Source of the DNA: Octopus bimaculoides
Lineage: Eukaryota
Direction: 5' to 3'
Length of the DNA: 59,752 nucleotides
NCBI RefSeq assembly: GCF_001194135.2
Contig: NC_068984.1
Span: forward strand, 125,764,392 to 125,824,143
In this document: one piece after another, positions 56,330-59,752 of the stretch
How positions within the stretch are numbered: the first letter of the stretch is position 1
Layout: every line of letters starts with the position of its first letter
Made by a program: the position numbers and the translations under genes
Notes under the pieces: generated by a model
Databases searched by the model: none
What the model was told of the DNA's origin: nothing
Seen by the model: only the letters and a program-made list of their open reading frames with translations

Positions 56330-56800
56330 AAGAAAGTTGCGCTTCTTTCTACTTTCGTTATCAATAAATTGTTTTATTTCTTCATTAATAAATCGACTTA
56401 GTCATTGTCTGGCGATCTTCTTTCTCTTATTTCTCTAAACTTACCCAACACTGAAATTATCAAAGTGAACTCTTCACTATTGACTTACGTTAGTGTTCAT
56501 TAACGCTTTTGATATGTGATTACTAATTAGTATCTAATTTTGATTCTGCTAATACTTTTATCTTTTCATGCTTTTCAGCCTTCATCTTAGATTTTACTTC
56601 CATCAAACTTTTCATGAATATTTATGAAACCAGTACCGAGAACTGCAGCTTCCATAACAATCACTACTGGAATGTCAATAACTGTTGTTAACAAACCAAT
56701 ATCTGCAGCACCAGGTCCCATAGTGGCAATAACTAATACCATTTTATGATGCGATAATACAATTGTTTGTTTATGTTTATTTGTTTTTACTTTGTTTCTT
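56330..56800 (-). pseudogene. Decayed Polinton/Maverick (adintovirus-like) conserved membrane-protein gene
   Basis: Minus translation over frameshifts: MGPGAADIGLLTTVIDIPVVIVMEAAVLGTGF...KAEKHEKIKVLAESKLDT|ISNHISKALM...EEFTLIIS..KF. I recognise this as the K(K/E)H(D/E)EI..LA.SKLNTI.D.ISKAL.D..IS.EEF family found in invertebrate Polinton-like elements; needs HMM confirmation. Confidence 0.65.
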
Positions 56801-56894
56801 TTTTACACGGTGACTATCTTTCGACAGGATCTCGTTTACGGAGACGAAACTTCATTGTTTTTTGAATTTTTCTGTTTTTTTAATTTTTTTAGTC

Positions 56895-57118
56895 TTTTAT
56901 CTTTTACTAGCTTCAGTCATTGGACTGCGATCAAACTGGAGCACCAGGGTTTTGCTGAACAATTCGACTCCAGTACATTTTTTTTATATATATAAGTTTG
57001 GTACTTATTCTTACAATCTCTTCTTACAGAACCGCTTAGTTACGGAGACGTAAACAAACCAACATTTGTTATCAGGCGTTGAAGAGTACAAAAACAAACA
57101 CACACACACACACACACA

Positions 57119-57182
<64 letters not shown>
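56895..57182 (-). mobile_element. SINE-C 3' half + (CA)n
   Basis: cttcagtcattggactgcgatc...cagaaccgcttagttacggagacgtaaacaaaccaac. Confidence 0.85.
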
Positions 57183-57185
<3 letters not shown>

Positions 57186-57256
57186 ACACGCGCACACATA
57201 TCCCAAAGGGCCTGATGGAGAATGGTTATCAATATTCTTTTAATAAATGTCAAGAT

Positions 57257-57468
57257 TAAAGGCGGCGAGCTTGGCAGAAACGTTAGCACGCCGGGCGAAA
57301 TGCTTAGCGGTAATTCATCTGTCTTTACGTTCTGAGTTCAAATTCCGCCGAGGTCGACTTTGCCTTTCATCCTTTCGGGATCGATAAATTAAGTACCGGT
57401 TACGCACTGGGGTCGATCTAATCAACTGGTCCCCTCCCCGAAATTTGTGCCTAGAGAAGAAAAGAATA
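57257..57468 (+). mobile_element. SINE-A full-length, young (tail 2)
   Basis: aaaggcggcgagcttggcagaaacgttagcacgccgggcgaaatgc...gtcgactttgcctttcatcctttcggg...gtgcctagagaagaaaagaata. Confidence 0.95.
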
Positions 57469-57521
57469 TATTCAAGACTTCACCAGTCTACCTTACAAGC
57501 CCGTCATGTGCGTATGTATGC

Positions 57522-57558
<37 letters not shown>

Positions 57559-57652
57559 TGAGTGTGTAGTGCTATTTAGTCATAGCCTAGGCTAATTCTG
57601 GCCGAAACTTATCTTAGTATCTTAGTATCTAAGTGTATGTGTGTGTGTGTGT

Positions 57653-57933
57653 GTAATATTTATAGTAATAAAGAGTATGGAAACTTGTACAACCACAAAA
57701 GTTATTTTATAGCTATATACAACATATTATAATGACCTATAGTAATTTTTACTGTCCAGCGAAGAGAACAGGAAATTACCAATCGGAAGAATTCACAGAG
57801 CGACTAACAACTAAATCTAGCCACAGACGTTGGATGCTGATCGTTGTGGTTAGCCGTTAACTAGAACCTAACTGAGAGCTAATATGGTACCCGCCCGGAT
57901 AATATAACCTTCTAAGCTCACTTTGATATATAT

Positions 57934-57969
<36 letters not shown>

Positions 57970-58210
57970 TGTGTAATAATAATAAAGTGTACGGAAACGT
58001 GTACATTCACAAAATTTATTTAATAGTTATATACAGCATATTATAATGACTTATAGTAATTTTTACTGTCTGGCGAAGAGAACAGGGAATTACCAATCGG
58101 AAGAATTCACAGAGCGACTAACAACTAAATGTAACCACAGACAGTTAGATACTGATTGTTGTGCTTAGCCGTTAACTGGAACTTAGCTGAGAGCTAATAC
58201 GGTATCCGCC
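57653..58210. repeat. Two tandem copies of a ~240-bp unit, each preceded by (TG)n
   Basis: Copies 57653-57895 and 57973-58210 share e.g. aattaccaatcggaagaattcacagagcgactaacaactaaat. Confidence 0.92.
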
Positions 58211-58255
58211 TGTCCTTTTTTGTATTGTCTTCATGGTGTCTTTCGTATCGTGGAG

Positions 58256-58342
58256 CATCCTGATGAAGGGAGTGTCTGGTTCCTTTAAAATATGAAACTC
58301 ATGTCATATTAACTGACACGTCTCCGAAACGGCCCGTCGATG
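58256..58342 (+). ncRNA. Type I hammerhead ribozyme, apparently intact
   Basis: CATC (helix I) CTGATGA A [long helix II: GG..GTGTC / GACAC..CC with a distal AATATGA/TCATATT stem] GAAA CGGCCCG TC GATG (helix I); canonical GUC triplet, cleavage predicted after 58338. Confidence 0.8.
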
Positions 58343-59025
58343 AAACTTGTGGATCCATTGAACATTGTCTCTAATTTTAGTATATCCGTTTAAGGCTTTA
58401 AAATGTCTGACTTGCTACTTTCCACACGCTTTATGTTGTAATTTGAAATCTTTAGTCCTTATAACATATCCTATGAACTTATAATTTACTATATCCTGTT
58501 TCATATCGACGTCTTCTATTTTAAAATGCCTATGTATTTATAAATGTTTTTATATACTTTTAAATATCAAAGTGTTTTTTAAATATTTTACGTGCTTGTG
58601 TTCTGACCTCTAAATTTTTATTCCTCTATAGTATATCGCGTGAACTTATAACTCACTATGTTTTATACTATATCGACGTTTTTATATCTTATTATGTGTA
58701 TATTTCGTACTTATTTTACTTATATATATTTTTTAAATGTCTATGTATTTATAAATGTTTTTAAATATTTTTAGATATTTGCGGGCTTATAAAAATACGT
58801 ATATGTCTATATGCTTGTATGTTATTAACACTTCTATTAAGTTGAGCTTTATGTCGCTTTAGTAGTGTCGAAGTAAGTGTGCATATATATTGAATATTCC
58901 GCTGGATAATAGGTTATGTTCCTCTAGTTTTCCGCTCGTATTGCCTCCACTCAAATTATAAATTGGAACTTAGGTCAGTTTGAGCACTTCGATTCTAGCC
59001 TGTCTACGAGTATTGNNNNNNNNNN

Positions 59026-59081
<56 letters not shown>

Positions 59082-59134
59082 TCAGGGGAATATGGTACTT
59101 AAGTTTAGGCACCAGAATTAAGTGTGGTATTATC

Positions 59135-59345
59135 CATACAGTTTCAAAATAAGGTGTTTGTACGCCCACCATCACTTGACAACCGATGTTGCTGTGTTTA
59201 CGTCCCCATAACTTAGCAGTTCGGCAAAACATGCTGATAGAATAAATACTATGCTTACAAAGAATAAACCCTGGGTCGATTTGTTCGACTAAAGGCGGTG
59301 CCCCAGCATGGCCGCAGTCACATGACTGAAACAAGTAATACAATA
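59135..59345 (+). mobile_element. SINE-C 3' half
   Basis: cttgacaaccgatgttgctgtgtttacgtcccc...gtcgatttgttcgactaaaggcggtgccccagcatggccgcagtcacatgactgaaacaagtaa. Confidence 0.92.
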
Positions 59346-59364
59346 AAAACTATGCCATTTTAAT

Positions 59365-59752
59365 CCCGAACAACGCCGGGTGTCTCTGCTAGTAATTATA
59401 TATTTACTAGCAGAAATACCCGGCTTTGCCCGGGTTAAAGAGAATAATGAAATCTAAAAACGCCGTCTAGACTATGCAACCCTCAACTGTTAGTAGCTAC
59501 GATACCATATTTCTACATTAATAACTCTCCAATCCATGCCAGCATGGAACATAGACATTAAGTGGAATGCCAGTCTCTCATCCAGGAGGGCCTTGAAATC
59601 AATATTACCAACTGGGGACTATGTGTGTCGTAGTGATAATAAAAAGACCCAAAGGAGGTATGCAACGAAATAGTTTTACTCAACACTTTGCAAGTGAATC
59701 AGTGGAGGTAAAGATGCGTCTCATTTACTTGACAATTTATGCACCACATTGC
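59365..59752. mobile_element. Two head-to-head Helitron/HINE-like termini; the + copy continues to the window end
   Basis: cccgaacaacgccgggtgtctctgctagta | attatatatt | tactagcagaaatacccggctttgcccggg; ACTAG..CCCGGC.TTGCCCGG is a typical HINE/Helentron-type end. Confidence 0.6.

Noticed and set aside
58870-59010. Minus-strand peptide VPIYNLSGGNTSGKLEEHNLL as a possible GIY-YIG C-terminus
   Set aside because: Similarity is too weak and it would be antisense to the 58256 hammerhead; truncated by a gap.

Overview
Eukaryotic, AT-rich, repeat-saturated draft-assembly DNA with about 19 N-gaps, most flanked by microsatellites. The interspersed repeats look like cephalopod (Octopus-type) tRNA-derived SINE families; the taxon call is recognition from memory, not a database search. 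I found no supportable host protein-coding exon, and most ORFs in the supplied track are microsatellite or N-run artefacts. The window holds dozens of copies of 4-5 SINE families (labelled A, B1, B2, C and E here). It also holds decayed coding relics of several autonomous elements: an RTE LINE with three C-terminal C2H2 fingers (2 copies), a REL-endonuclease non-LTR element, a Rex3/Expander-like RTE, a Helitron Rep/helicase, three mariner relics, two Polinton/Maverick-like viral gene relics, and hAT/mariner/foldback MITEs. The most interesting signal is RNA-level and invisible to the ORF track: six hammerhead-ribozyme (HHR) motifs of the Penelope-like-element (PLE) type. One is an apparently intact type I hammerhead (58256-58342), one is a minimal dimer-type hammerhead with a palindromic helix III (51179-51226), and one sits in the 3' tail of a tRNA-headed SINE (37927-38229), i.e. 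a candidate ribozyme-bearing SINE/retrozyme. All coordinates were read by eye and may be off by a few bases.
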